Shown here in pieces: positions 18,901 through 27,833 of a stretch of DNA of 64,000 nucleotides. The notes under the pieces are model-generated. The model was given only the letters and a program-made list of their open reading frames with translations. It ran no database searches and was not told the origin of the DNA. Source of the stretch: an uncultured Lentimicrobiaceae bacterium (GTDB lineage Bacteria; Bacteroidota; Bacteroidia; Bacteroidales; UBA4417); assembly GCA_964544545.1 (NCBI GenBank), contig CAZJCG010000015.1:6735-70734 (forward strand), written 5' to 3'. Each line of letters starts with the position of its first letter. Positions within the stretch are counted from its first letter, which is position 1. The translations under genes were made by a program, and so were the position numbers.

Positions 18901-19062
18901 TTAGTTCTTCCCGGCTGTACTCTTTAGATATTTCTCCCGCAGTCTGGCATCTGCCCTTGTTGCGCAGGTTTCAGTGTAGACTAACCAGAATGGAGCATAG
19001 GGTTTTGTCGAAAATACCCTCCTTCAACCGGAGAAATCATGCAAACTTCCGGCAGAAGAATA
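18901..19062 (-). pseudogene. Relic of a small GIY-YIG (UPF0213/YhbQ-like) nuclease gene
   Basis: The minus-strand frame reads ...YSSAGSLHDFSG*RRVFSTKPYAPFWLVYTETCATRADARLREKYLKSTAGKN*. This matches the C-terminal two-thirds of small GIY-YIG proteins (H-N/D-x-G...T...P-W-x-LVY-x-E...A-x-x-REK-x-LKS). It is interrupted by an in-frame TGA (19024-19026) and lacks the N-terminal GIY/YIG strand, with a stop at 19063-19065. Confidence 0.5.
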
Positions 19063-19111
19063 TTATTTGCTGATTTTCAGGCAGTCTTTATCTGACTAAT
19101 TCACATTGCTT

Positions 19112-19167
19112 TTACTAATCTTCGAATTGGCTAATCAGCTAATTGGCTAATCAGCTAATCGGCTAAT
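19112..19167. repeat. Seven-unit tandem array of an 8-bp repeat (NNGCTAAT)
   Basis: Units: ttactaat cttcgaat tggctaat cagctaat tggctaat cagctaat cggctaat. The same unit set, including the C(T/G)TCGAAT variant, recurs at 47723-47762. Confidence 0.7.
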
Positions 19168-19240
19168 TGATGATAACCTGCTAAGATTCGGTTGTTCGAC
19201 ATCTCTTTTCAAAACGCTGTCTCATGAATATGAAGAAAAA

Positions 19241-19254
19241 ATGCCATCTGGCAT
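19241..19254. promoter_or_regulatory. Palindrome ATGCCA-TC-TGGCAT, a candidate operator upstream of the Xre/RES module
   Basis: Perfect 6+6 inverted repeat ~45 bp upstream of antitoxin ATG 19300. TA antitoxins with HTH domains commonly autoregulate at such sites. Inference only. Confidence 0.3.
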
Positions 19255-19299
19255 GATAATATTGTCATTTGTCGTATTTTTGTGAATAACATAAACGCG

Positions 19300-19719
19300 A
19301 TGGAAGTCTCTGATCCTTTAGCTGTATATACTGCTCTGAGCGATGGCAATGCACGGTCGCTGATTGATCTTACCCGCAAGGGTATTGGATTTCAATCCTT
19401 CGCCAACCTGATGGCAAGGAGCCCGTTTAATCTCTCTGAATGGGCTATGATCCTGCATATCTCTGATCGTACCCTGATGCGGTACAAAAAAGAAAACCAT
19501 GCTTTTGACCCCCTCGTTTCCGAAAAGATCATTGAGATCGCTCTTTTGTTCAATAAAGGAAAAGAAGTGTTTGGAGATTCTTCCAAATTCAATCATTGGC
19601 TGGAAACAGACAATATTGCCCTGGGTATGATTAAACCCAGTGTGATTCTGGACAGTACCTTTGGCATCAGTCTGTTGAACGATGAATTAAACCGGATCGA
19701 ACAGGGTATTCTGTCATGA
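19300..19719 (+). CDS. Xre/MbcA/ParS-like antitoxin (DUF2384 toxin-binding domain)
   Basis: C-terminal ...KFNHWLETDNIALGMIKPSVILDSTFGISLLNDELNRIEQGI is typical of RES-partner antitoxins. There is a 4-nt overlap with the RES gene. The track start is GTG 19282; ATG 19300 is preferred. Confidence 0.75.
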   Translation: MEVSDPLAVYTALSDGNARSLIDLTRKGIGFQSFANLMARSPFNLSEWAMILHISDRTLMRYKKENHAFDPLVSEKIIEIALLFNKGKEVFGDSSKFNHWLETDNIALGMIKPSVILDSTFGISLLNDELNRIEQGILS

Positions 19720-20177
19720 TAGTATACCGGTTGTGTAAAGCAGAATATGCCGGCGACCTGTCCGGCGAGGGTGCCGGAAAATTCGGAGGTCGATGGAACA
19801 GCAAGGGCACGGCTATGATCTATACAGCCGAGTCACGGGCCCTCTGTACTGCAGAGTTGGCCGTTCACATTCCACTCGGCATGCTGCCAAAGGGATATCG
19901 GATGATAAGTATTTTGATTCCCGATGATATTACAACCGGAGAACTCCACAACAATGAACTGCCTGTTGACTGGAAGTCATTTCCTTACCAGCCATCCTCC
20001 CAGGCATTGGGTGATGCATTTATTCAAAATCTGGAATATGCAATAATCAAAGTACCATCAACCGTTGTACCCGGAGATCACAACTATTTATTAAACCCTT
20101 TGCATCCCGATTTCAGGGAAATCAGGATCATAGATTCTGAAAATTTCGATTTTGATGAAAGGCTATTCTTGAAATAG
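19716..20177 (+). CDS. RES domain toxin (NAD+-targeting RES family)
   Basis: 153 aa. GEGAGKFGGRWNSKGTAMIYTAESRALCTAELAVH shows the R...E...S signature spacing. Overlaps the antitoxin stop (ATGA at 19716-19719). Confidence 0.85.
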   Translation: MIVYRLCKAEYAGDLSGEGAGKFGGRWNSKGTAMIYTAESRALCTAELAVHIPLGMLPKGYRMISILIPDDITTGELHNNELPVDWKSFPYQPSSQALGDAFIQNLEYAIIKVPSTVVPGDHNYLLNPLHPDFREIRIIDSENFDFDERLFLK

Positions 20178-20272
20178 CCCTCCCGGTTGCGGTTTTTCAT
20201 GCCGTACCGGCAATGGAATTGTAGCCTGAATGCTTGTTATACCCAGTCAATGGGAAAGAAACTCCCTAAGCA

Positions 20273-21310
20273 TTATATCATCTTCAGGTAGTTCACCTCT
20301 TGTTCGGTGAGCATCCGCCAATGACCGCGAGGCAGGTCTTTCTTGGTAAGACCGGCGAACATGACCCGGTCGAGTTTTACAACCTGGTATTCAAGCGCTT
20401 CAAATATCCGCCTGACGATCCGGTTTCTTCCTGAATGTAATTCCACCCCTATCTCCTTCTTATTCCCGCTTTCACCGGTGTAAGCAATTTCATCGATCAG
20501 AGCCATGCCGTCATCCAGTTCAATTCCACCGGCGATTTTCAGCATATCAGCTTTAGTGAGGGCTTTATCCAGTTCAACATGGTAAATCTTCTTCACATTG
20601 TGTTTCGGATGGGTGAGCTTTTTAGCCAGGTCACCATCGTTTGTTAGCAGCAACAAACCAGTAGTGTTGCGGTCAAGCCTCCCAACCGGGTAAATACGCT
20701 CCTTACAGGCGTCCGAAACCAGCGCCATCACTGTTTTACGTTCAAACGGATCATCGGTGGTGGTTATATATCCCTTGGGCTTATTTAGTAATACATACCG
20801 GTGTTTTTCACTCCGGATGGTCTGGTTATCATATTGTACCTTATCGGATGGAGAAACCTTGGTACCCAGCTCCGTGACCACTTTGCCATTCACCATCACG
20901 GCACCGGCCAGGATAAGCTGATCAGCTTCGCGACGGGAACAGATCCCAGCATTGGCGATATATTTATTCAGACGGATCATCCCATCATCAGACCGGCTCA
21001 TGGTTTTTGACGGCCTGGATGATTCCCCTGAACGTTTGGAATACCGGTTCCCGGCTGCAACTTTTGGATAGGCGCCGCGTGTGGGTTTGCTCTCTTTTCT
21101 TTGTGCATCCTTTTCGGGGAAGTTATTCCTTTTACCTTTTTCTCCCGGCTCATCCTTTCGGGAAGACGTTTCAGAAGAAGGGCGTGAACGACGCCCGGCC
21201 GTAGCCTTATCCTTGTCATACTCCCGACGATTCCCCTGTTGTGAGGCTTTTGTCGATTTCCCTGCCCGGCTTTCTGCAGGATTTTCTTTCCGGCTGTTTC
21301 TTCTTTCCAT
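20273..21310 (-). CDS. rluB: 23S rRNA pseudouridine synthase, RluB/RsuA family, with a long basic N-terminal extension
   Basis: S4 domain (IRLNKYIANAGICSRREADQLI) and catalytic motif GRLDRNTTGLLLLTNDG. The first ~105 aa are K/R/E/S-rich low complexity. The true start could be internal. Confidence 0.85.
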   Translation of the reverse strand: MERRNSRKENPAESRAGKSTKASQQGNRREYDKDKATAGRRSRPSSETSSRKDEPGEKGKRNNFPEKDAQRKESKPTRGAYPKVAAGNRYSKRSGESSRPSKTMSRSDDGMIRLNKYIANAGICSRREADQLILAGAVMVNGKVVTELGTKVSPSDKVQYDNQTIRSEKHRYVLLNKPKGYITTTDDPFERKTVMALVSDACKERIYPVGRLDRNTTGLLLLTNDGDLAKKLTHPKHNVKKIYHVELDKALTKADMLKIAGGIELDDGMALIDEIAYTGESGNKKEIGVELHSGRNRIVRRIFEALEYQVVKLDRVMFAGLTKKDLPRGHWRMLTEQEVNYLKMI

Positions 21311-21660
21311 ACTATGTTGATTTCCGCAAAGGTACGAACATCCGTCAGAATCAAGCCTTTTCTCTCTGGTGCAGGTTTTCCGAAATGGAACAATTTAAAA
21401 GAACGAATAAATTTCTTGCATTTATATTTTATTGATTTCTTGCTGTTTATGTAAATATATTAAAATGGTATGCATTTAGGTTGGAAGATCACAATTCTTG
21501 TCTGCTGCCAACGACCGAAACCAGATAAAATTTTAGTTTCCCGGTTGTTAAGTCTTCCCGTCTCTTCCAGCCTGTAGTATACAGATTCCCTCCTGATCAA
21601 GTCAAACAGACCTGTTAGATTTCAATTCATACCAGCTTTCAACAACCAAAAACCCAACCT

Positions 21661-22704
21661 ATGAAGAAAATGTTAAAACAAATGGCGTTTCTTCTGATGG
21701 GTATTCCGCTGTTACTACTCGGATGCTCAAAATCGGAAGTAACTGACACCACCTCTACCAATCCGGATAACAATGCTGTAAAAACCGGCATTGCCTATTG
21801 CGGAACACCTGTAACCGTGAATTTATATACGTATCAGGGTACCACCAGCTGCGGTACTGCTACTATTGGTAACGACGGGAACAAACTCTATGTTTCATTC
21901 ACGTTATCCGATAACTGGATGATCTATAGAGATGTCACCAAATGGGAAACCGGGGCAAACCTGTTTGTCGGATCTGAAGCAGAACTTATTGCACTTCAGC
22001 CTGGCACTGTAGTGAACAGTAACGGCACAGGCCATTTCTACCTGTGGCGGTTCCCTTATCAGTATCTGCCAGTCGGACTGAATGAGCAAAGTCACACATT
22101 TGAGATCAACAGATCTGATATTGGTGAGGATTGCCCGTTCATTGTTTTAGGGATCAGGGTAAAGGATTATTCCACCAACCAGGTAGTGACCGTCTCGGCC
22201 AGGGCCAATACCAAATGCTGGGCTCACTGGATTCAATATTGCTTCCAGTCATGCGGTAATACCGAAACCGCATACGCGAAAGCTGATGATCCGGCGTCAA
22301 CCTGTTTCCTCAATCTTCCTTCTCCCGGAGCCAACAGCAACAACTGGGGGTGGTCGAACCTGATCACGGCTTCATCTGTGCCTTACACATTCCATTGGCC
22401 GATTTATGCAGGTGCAGGTCAGTGTAATATCTCGAATGCAACTCACGTAGGCTATCTCGACGGAACCTACGACGGGGCCAATGTCTATGTAACCTATAAC
22501 CTGTTTGGCGGCTTTCATTTGAATTCTACTGCTTTGTGGGTAGGAAATGATTACTTACCTCTTAAGAAAGGGAAGTACAATACAGCCCCGGGACAGTTCC
22601 CCTACAAACATTCCTCCTTAAAGGGTGCGGGAACTGATTCCTTCGGACCGATTCCCATTACAGGAGACGTATACATCGCGGCTCATTCCGATGTAGTCTG
22701 GTAG
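21661..22704 (+). CDS. Hypothetical lipoprotein
   Basis: 347 aa. Lipobox LLLLGCSKSE. No family recognised. Contains a conserved-looking C-terminal segment (TAYAKADD...NNWGWSN...YAGAGQC). Confidence 0.55.
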   Translation: MKKMLKQMAFLLMGIPLLLLGCSKSEVTDTTSTNPDNNAVKTGIAYCGTPVTVNLYTYQGTTSCGTATIGNDGNKLYVSFTLSDNWMIYRDVTKWETGANLFVGSEAELIALQPGTVVNSNGTGHFYLWRFPYQYLPVGLNEQSHTFEINRSDIGEDCPFIVLGIRVKDYSTNQVVTVSARANTKCWAHWIQYCFQSCGNTETAYAKADDPASTCFLNLPSPGANSNNWGWSNLITASSVPYTFHWPIYAGAGQCNISNATHVGYLDGTYDGANVYVTYNLFGGFHLNSTALWVGNDYLPLKKGKYNTAPGQFPYKHSSLKGAGTDSFGPIPITGDVYIAAHSDVVW

Positions 22705-22906
22705 CATCATTTTATTCAACATCTCCATGAGGATGTTTTGAAAGCAGGCCTATCCTCTTTTGAAGCATCCTTATTCTTTTGAATTAGAACCCGGGTAACC
22801 AACAGAAATAAATGTGATTATAACTATAAATATCTACAAATTTTTTATTATATTTGTGATAACACCGATTCAACCGGCTTGCTTTCCACCCAAAAAAGGA
22901 GGAGTT

Positions 22907-24025
22907 ATGAAACCCTATGCAAAAAGGATTATCACCGTCGGTACTTTCCCCTACTCAAGGGCAATTTTATTACAGATTCAACTGCAAACCGAAGGGATCG
23001 ATTGTTTCCTGGCCGACAGAGAATCGCCGGGCACATCCAGAACTGCTGATTTGCGTACTCAGGAAAAAGATGTTGCCAAGGCCTTAAAGATCATTCATGA
23101 ATCGATTAAGGATTCAGGCGCTGCAAAAGAAAAGGCAATACGCAATATAAGTGCTGTACGACGAATCCTTGTCCCTGTTGATTTCTCCACGCTGTCGCTT
23201 CACGCCTGCCGCTTTGCCATTAGTCTTGCAAACAAGTTCAAGGCAGAAGTAAAGTTGTTACATGTATTCTACAACCCGGCCATCGATATTACTCCTTATG
23301 ATGAGCATTATGCATACCAGGTCAAATTATCGAACAACCTGAGGGAAATAGAAAAAAATGCAAGGATCAATCTCGTGAAACTTGAACAGAAGCTTGAAAT
23401 CTGGAGCAAACAGGAAAAATACGGTGACATAAAAATAAGCACGGGGCTGGCAAATGGTGAGGCGGTCGACGAAATTCTTACATATTGCAATAAGTACAAG
23501 CCTTCGATCATTGTTATGGGAACGCGTGGTTTAACCAAAGGGACTCATCCTCTGGGAAGGGTCACCACACGGGTAATTGAGAATACGCATATTCCCGTAC
23601 TCGCACTCCCCGACGGTTCCATTAACAAGATCAACCTGCTGAAGAACCTGCTTTTCGCGACGGATTTCGATCCATCGGATTATAAAGCCATAAACCGCCT
23701 GATCAGTCTTACCAGGCCGCTTGACATACAGTTACACTGTGTCCACATCAGCGTGGGGGTTAAGAAACCCTGGGATCCCGTAAAGATGGAGGAGCTTAGA
23801 AACCAACTTGCCGAGGAGTATGCCGACAACAGGATCAAATTCAGTCTGCTTGTCAGCGACGACATAATCAAGGGCCTTGAGACCTATATCCGGAACAACT
23901 CTATTGATGCAGTCGCTGCGGTGACACATAAAAGAGTTGCCATGGAAAAGATGTTCTCTCCGAGTATGACCCGGAAGATCTTTGCTGAAACCGGCAAACC
24001 TCTGTTCGTATTCCATACTTCCTGA
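22907..24025 (+). CDS. Universal stress protein, tandem UspA domains with a DUF2007-like N-terminal domain
   Basis: RILVPVDFS...VMGTRG and a second LLFATDFD...HCVHI repeat. ATG 22907 is preceded by AAAGGAGGAG. The track start 22814 adds a non-protein-like hydrophobic leader. Confidence 0.75.
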   Translation: MKPYAKRIITVGTFPYSRAILLQIQLQTEGIDCFLADRESPGTSRTADLRTQEKDVAKALKIIHESIKDSGAAKEKAIRNISAVRRILVPVDFSTLSLHACRFAISLANKFKAEVKLLHVFYNPAIDITPYDEHYAYQVKLSNNLREIEKNARINLVKLEQKLEIWSKQEKYGDIKISTGLANGEAVDEILTYCNKYKPSIIVMGTRGLTKGTHPLGRVTTRVIENTHIPVLALPDGSINKINLLKNLLFATDFDPSDYKAINRLISLTRPLDIQLHCVHISVGVKKPWDPVKMEELRNQLAEEYADNRIKFSLLVSDDIIKGLETYIRNNSIDAVAAVTHKRVAMEKMFSPSMTRKIFAETGKPLFVFHTS

Positions 24026-24219
24026 TTGTTGGGCGAAGTTTGATTTCATTCTGAAAACATGTCGGGAGATCAGGCAGGCAACGAACCCATACAATCGGGA
24101 GCTCTGTCTGTTACTCCATGCAAACTGAAAATGTCTTTCAATGAACTTTCAGTCTGTTGAATTCCGTCCCATTTCCTGCATTCCCGGGAATTGAAAACTC
24201 AGTGACAGTCATCCAGATG

Positions 24220-24576
24220 TTATGGCAGAAAAGCATCCTGGATGTGATTCAGGTGTACTTTCTGCCTGTCGAGAAGAATACCGATAACATCGAATCGGGT
24301 TTCTCCGTGATAATCCGTTTCCATAATGAATCCTTCAGCGGCCCGTATCAAGGAGCGTTGCTTTGCCTCCGTCACTGCCATCTCAGGTTCACCAAACCAC
24401 GCTGAGGTACGGGTCTTTACTTCCACAATCACGAGCCAGTCGCCATCGCGGGCGATAATGTCTATTTCATCCCGGCTAAAGCGCCAGTTCCGTTTCAGGA
24501 TGCTATACCCCTTTTTCAGCAGATAATTGGCTGCAATGTTCTCGCCTGTCTTACCGAGGTCGTTGTGTTCTGCCAT
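24220..24576 (-). CDS. yraN: YraN family (UPF0102) endonuclease-like protein
   Basis: GKTGENIAANYLLKKGYSILKRNWRFSRDEIDIIARDGDWLVIVEVKTR is the canonical YraN core. ATG 24576 (MAEHNDLG) is preferred over 24615. Confidence 0.8.
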   Translation of the reverse strand: MAEHNDLGKTGENIAANYLLKKGYSILKRNWRFSRDEIDIIARDGDWLVIVEVKTRTSAWFGEPEMAVTEAKQRSLIRAAEGFIMETDYHGETRFDVIGILLDRQKVHLNHIQDAFLP

Positions 24577-24857
24577 GAAAAATGCAATAATTAACAGATT
24601 AATAATGATAAACATTGGTTCCCCTCCCGACAGGGATGTCCGCTGTTCGTTAAATATGCTGCCTTTTCTCTATACTAAGCCCTGCGCTCTCCGCCCTTCG
24701 CAGTTTAAAATCCGCTAACCGGGAGGAACAACCATAAATACTGGGTAATTGAAAGCGTAGAGAAATTAAAAACAAATAGTTTAACCGGCAATTGTTTACA
24801 CAAAGATAACCGATCCCCTTCTGAGAATCAACAATTTATTCCTTTGAAAATCGATAA

Positions 24858-25778
24858 TCAATCCATGCAGGGGTCACAGAATACCAGGCTTGAGACATCC
24901 CCTGAAACATGAAGTTTCACGCGCCTTCCCAGAATAAGAGCCCGGTTGTCTTCCAGATGTCCGGCAGGAAATCCGAAACAGACCGGGTAATGGTAACCGG
25001 CAACCGCCTCATAGATAATCTGTTCGGGTGTTTTGCCGAAAGGCACCGTGTTATCATTCATTCCAGACATCCCGCCAACAACCAGCCCCGCCAGCCCTGA
25101 CAGTTTTCCGGATCGCCGGAGATTCATCATCATCCGGTCGACATGATACAGATACTCATCCAGATCTTCAATAAATAAAATCTTTCCCCTCGTATCAAGG
25201 TCAGAAGGAGTGCCGTTCAAGGCATAGAGGATCGACAGGTTCCCACCTGCCAGAATGCCTTCAGCCTCACCCGTAACGGAAAGTCCTGTCGCCTGAAACT
25301 TATAGCTAAGTATCTCACCAAACAAAGCCTTCCGCAACGTTTCTGTTGAGAGGCTGTCTGAACCGTCGGGCGGGAAGGTATAAGGCATACAGGCATGCAG
25401 GGTTTCTATACCCAGATTGGTCTGGATATGAGAATGCAGGACAGTAATATCGGAGAATCCGACAATCCATTTGGGATTTATCCGGAATGCCGAAAAATCG
25501 AGGCTGTCAATTATCCTTACGGTTCCGTAACCTCCACGGGCAGCAATAATGGCCTTAATTCCGGGATCATCCAGAGCTGCCTGCATATCGGAAGTTCTTT
25601 CCTGATCGGTGCCGGAATACTGGTTGCAATCTCCAAAAAGGTGCTCCCCGAAAACGACTTCCAGTCCCCAGGAACGTAGTTTGTTTACTCCGGTTTCAAT
25701 TTCATCCGGACTCACTTTACGGGCCGGCGCCACGATGGCCACTTTATCGCCGGGTATCAGGAACGGAGGGGTTTGCAT
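24858..25778 (-). CDS. ldcA: LD-carboxypeptidase (peptidase S66, muramoyl-tetrapeptide carboxypeptidase)
   Basis: GDKVAIVAPA, ARGGYGT and the GFSDITVLH nucleophile motif. ATG 25778 (MQTPPFLIPGDK) is preferred; the track start 26039 overlaps the upstream gene. Confidence 0.85.
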   Translation of the reverse strand: MQTPPFLIPGDKVAIVAPARKVSPDEIETGVNKLRSWGLEVVFGEHLFGDCNQYSGTDQERTSDMQAALDDPGIKAIIAARGGYGTVRIIDSLDFSAFRINPKWIVGFSDITVLHSHIQTNLGIETLHACMPYTFPPDGSDSLSTETLRKALFGEILSYKFQATGLSVTGEAEGILAGGNLSILYALNGTPSDLDTRGKILFIEDLDEYLYHVDRMMMNLRRSGKLSGLAGLVVGGMSGMNDNTVPFGKTPEQIIYEAVAGYHYPVCFGFPAGHLEDNRALILGRRVKLHVSGDVSSLVFCDPCMD

Positions 25779-25836
25779 GAAGTATAAGTGTTGAGCAGGT
25801 ATAAAATTTAACGAAGTATAGAATGAAAAAATTGGA

Positions 25837-26820
25837 TCACAGACCAATTTGGGTAACCATTCGGGTAACATCGATATCGGAACACCTGAAGTGTCCAAGC
25901 GGGCAGGATTCCTTACCATGGAGTCCGCAAGGCCTGCAATCCAGTTTTTCTTCCACTTCGAAGATATAGGATGAATCCGAAAGAGGCCCAAAGCCGAATC
26001 CCGGAACAGTAGAACAAAAAACGGCCGAAACCGGGGCATTCATGGCAGAAGCCAGGTGAAGAGGCGCCGAATCGTTGGCAAATGTCATCCTGGCTCTGCC
26101 TATTAGCGCTGCCGACTGCAGGAAGGATAATTCACCTGCCAGAATAGTCACTTCTTTCCCCGACATTTCCAGGATCTGATCGCACAGTGCCCGGTCATCT
26201 TTTGAACCAATCAGGTAAATCTTATACTTCCCGGCCACAATCCTGATCAGTTCAGCCCAGTGCGAGGCAGGAAATTGCTTGGTGAACCAAACGGATGCCG
26301 GTGCAATACAGATGTATGGCTGGTCGCAGGCGACTCTGCCGTAATCCTCATCCGACGGATAAAGCCTGGGCCTCCTGACGGTTTTTTCAACAAGTGTTTG
26401 GATCAACGCCAGATTTCTGTCCACCTCATGGGTGGCAATGCTTTCGGTATTCAGGGTGTGTTTAACCGATTCGGAAAAAAGGAAAGACAATGGATTTTTA
26501 TCGAATCCGATCCGGTGTCCCGCACCGGATAAAGCGGTTATCAGGCCTGTTGTAAAGAAACGCTGAACGTTGATAACGTAATCGTATGACTGCTCCCTGA
26601 TCCTCATTATCAGCCATAGAAGGTTTCTGTATTTGGCTTTTCTTTTATCAAACACGATCACTTCGCGGATCAGGGGATGGTTTGACAGCAGGGATTCATT
26701 CCCTTTACGAAGCAGGAAATCAATAGTAGAATCCGGGTAAGAGGCTTTCAGCGATTCAACCAGTGGAGTGGCCAGGATAACGTCTCCGATAAAGGCAGTC
26801 TGAATGATGAGTATCTTCAT
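25837..26820 (-). CDS. Glycosyltransferase family 9 (heptosyltransferase-like)
   Basis: MKILIIQTAFIGDVILATPLVESLK is the typical GT9 N-terminus, with C-terminal NDSAPLHLASAMN. ATG 26820 is preferred over 26877. Confidence 0.8.
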   Translation of the reverse strand: MKILIIQTAFIGDVILATPLVESLKASYPDSTIDFLLRKGNESLLSNHPLIREVIVFDKRKAKYRNLLWLIMRIREQSYDYVINVQRFFTTGLITALSGAGHRIGFDKNPLSFLFSESVKHTLNTESIATHEVDRNLALIQTLVEKTVRRPRLYPSDEDYGRVACDQPYICIAPASVWFTKQFPASHWAELIRIVAGKYKIYLIGSKDDRALCDQILEMSGKEVTILAGELSFLQSAALIGRARMTFANDSAPLHLASAMNAPVSAVFCSTVPGFGFGPLSDSSYIFEVEEKLDCRPCGLHGKESCPLGHFRCSDIDVTRMVTQIGL

Positions 26821-27070
26821 AACAGCGCGGGAACTGCCCTGATTTCCGATGCCGATCCCGGCGTCAAAGATACGCAAGTAGTGCTGCAGAATGATATCAT
26901 AATATCATCCGGCCGATTTCGCCTCTGATTTTTTACCTCTGCCATTTTCTTATAATAAGCAACCCCTCCTCTTACTTCCGGAAGAAGCATCGGGAGGGGC
27001 CGTTTTATCAGCTATGAGCATCAGGGAAAAGGCCGGATGACCTAATACCTGGCTCGGAATATTTCAACTT

Positions 27071-27766
27071 TTATCCTGCAAGCGTGAACTTGATAGGCAT
27101 GTTAAACTGAACACGAACAGGTTTGCCACGCTGTTTACCAGGATTCCAGGGAGGCATAGCCTGAATGACGCGGATAGCTTCTTCGTCGCAACCGCCGCCA
27201 ATACCACGGAGTACCTTTACATCAGTAACCGATCCGTTCTTTTCAACAACGAACGTAACATAAACAGTCCCCTGGATTCCGCTTTCGCGTGCCATCTGGG
27301 GATACTTGATGTTTTCCTGGAGGAACCTGATCCTGGCCTCATCACCGCCCGGATAGGAAGGTGCTTCTTCAACAACCGTGAAAATCTCAGCTTCTGCTAC
27401 TTCCTCTTCAACAGCCTGGGTAGCAACAACAGGTGCCTTGTATTCTTCCATTTGGGTATTTTCGTCGGCTTCGGCATCGATCGAAATATCATCATTCACA
27501 ATAGCATCATTGTCCACAATGTTAATGATGGTGGTTGATGCCGGAGGAGCAGGAGGAGGAGGAGTATTCTGCTGCTGGGTGATCTGAATCATTTCCTCAG
27601 GCGTTTCGGCTCTTTTCCCGCCACTCAGATCCATTAATTCCTTTTTGTCGTAACTCTTGTACTCAAAAGCTACCAGAGTGACTGCCAGGGCAAAGATCAA
27701 ACCGATCTGAAGAAAGAAACCTTTCTTATTCTCAAGGTCAGCTTTGGCTGTTTTCTTTTGTTCCAT
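27071..27766 (-). CDS. tonB: Energy transducer TonB
   Basis: N-terminal TM anchor, Pro-rich linker (PPPPAPPAS) and C-terminal TonB domain (YPQMARESGIQGTVYVTFVVEKNGSV). Confidence 0.85.
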   Translation of the reverse strand: MEQKKTAKADLENKKGFFLQIGLIFALAVTLVAFEYKSYDKKELMDLSGGKRAETPEEMIQITQQQNTPPPPAPPASTTIINIVDNDAIVNDDISIDAEADENTQMEEYKAPVVATQAVEEEVAEAEIFTVVEEAPSYPGGDEARIRFLQENIKYPQMARESGIQGTVYVTFVVEKNGSVTDVKVLRGIGGGCDEEAIRVIQAMPPWNPGKQRGKPVRVQFNMPIKFTLAG

Positions 27767-27833
27767 GACCTAATCTATTATGAATGAGGTTATTGATTTT
27801 CCGCTAAATTAACAGGCTAAGTTAATAAATATT

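Noticed and set aside
19024-19026. In-frame TGA of the GIY-YIG relic as selenocysteine or programmed readthrough
   Set aside because: The gene also lacks its N-terminal catalytic strands and has a further upstream stop. Decay is the simpler explanation.
18709-20272. Classical integrative genomic island at tRNA-Leu
   Set aside because: No integrase or recombinase gene is present, and I could not find a direct repeat of the tRNA 3' end (GGTTCGATTCCGGCCCGGGGTA) downstream. It is described only as a small variable segment.
20998-21393. 131-aa alternative-frame ORF over the rluB 5' region
   Set aside because: It overlaps the low-complexity N-terminal extension of rluB in another frame. The basic, repetitive composition generates open frames by chance.
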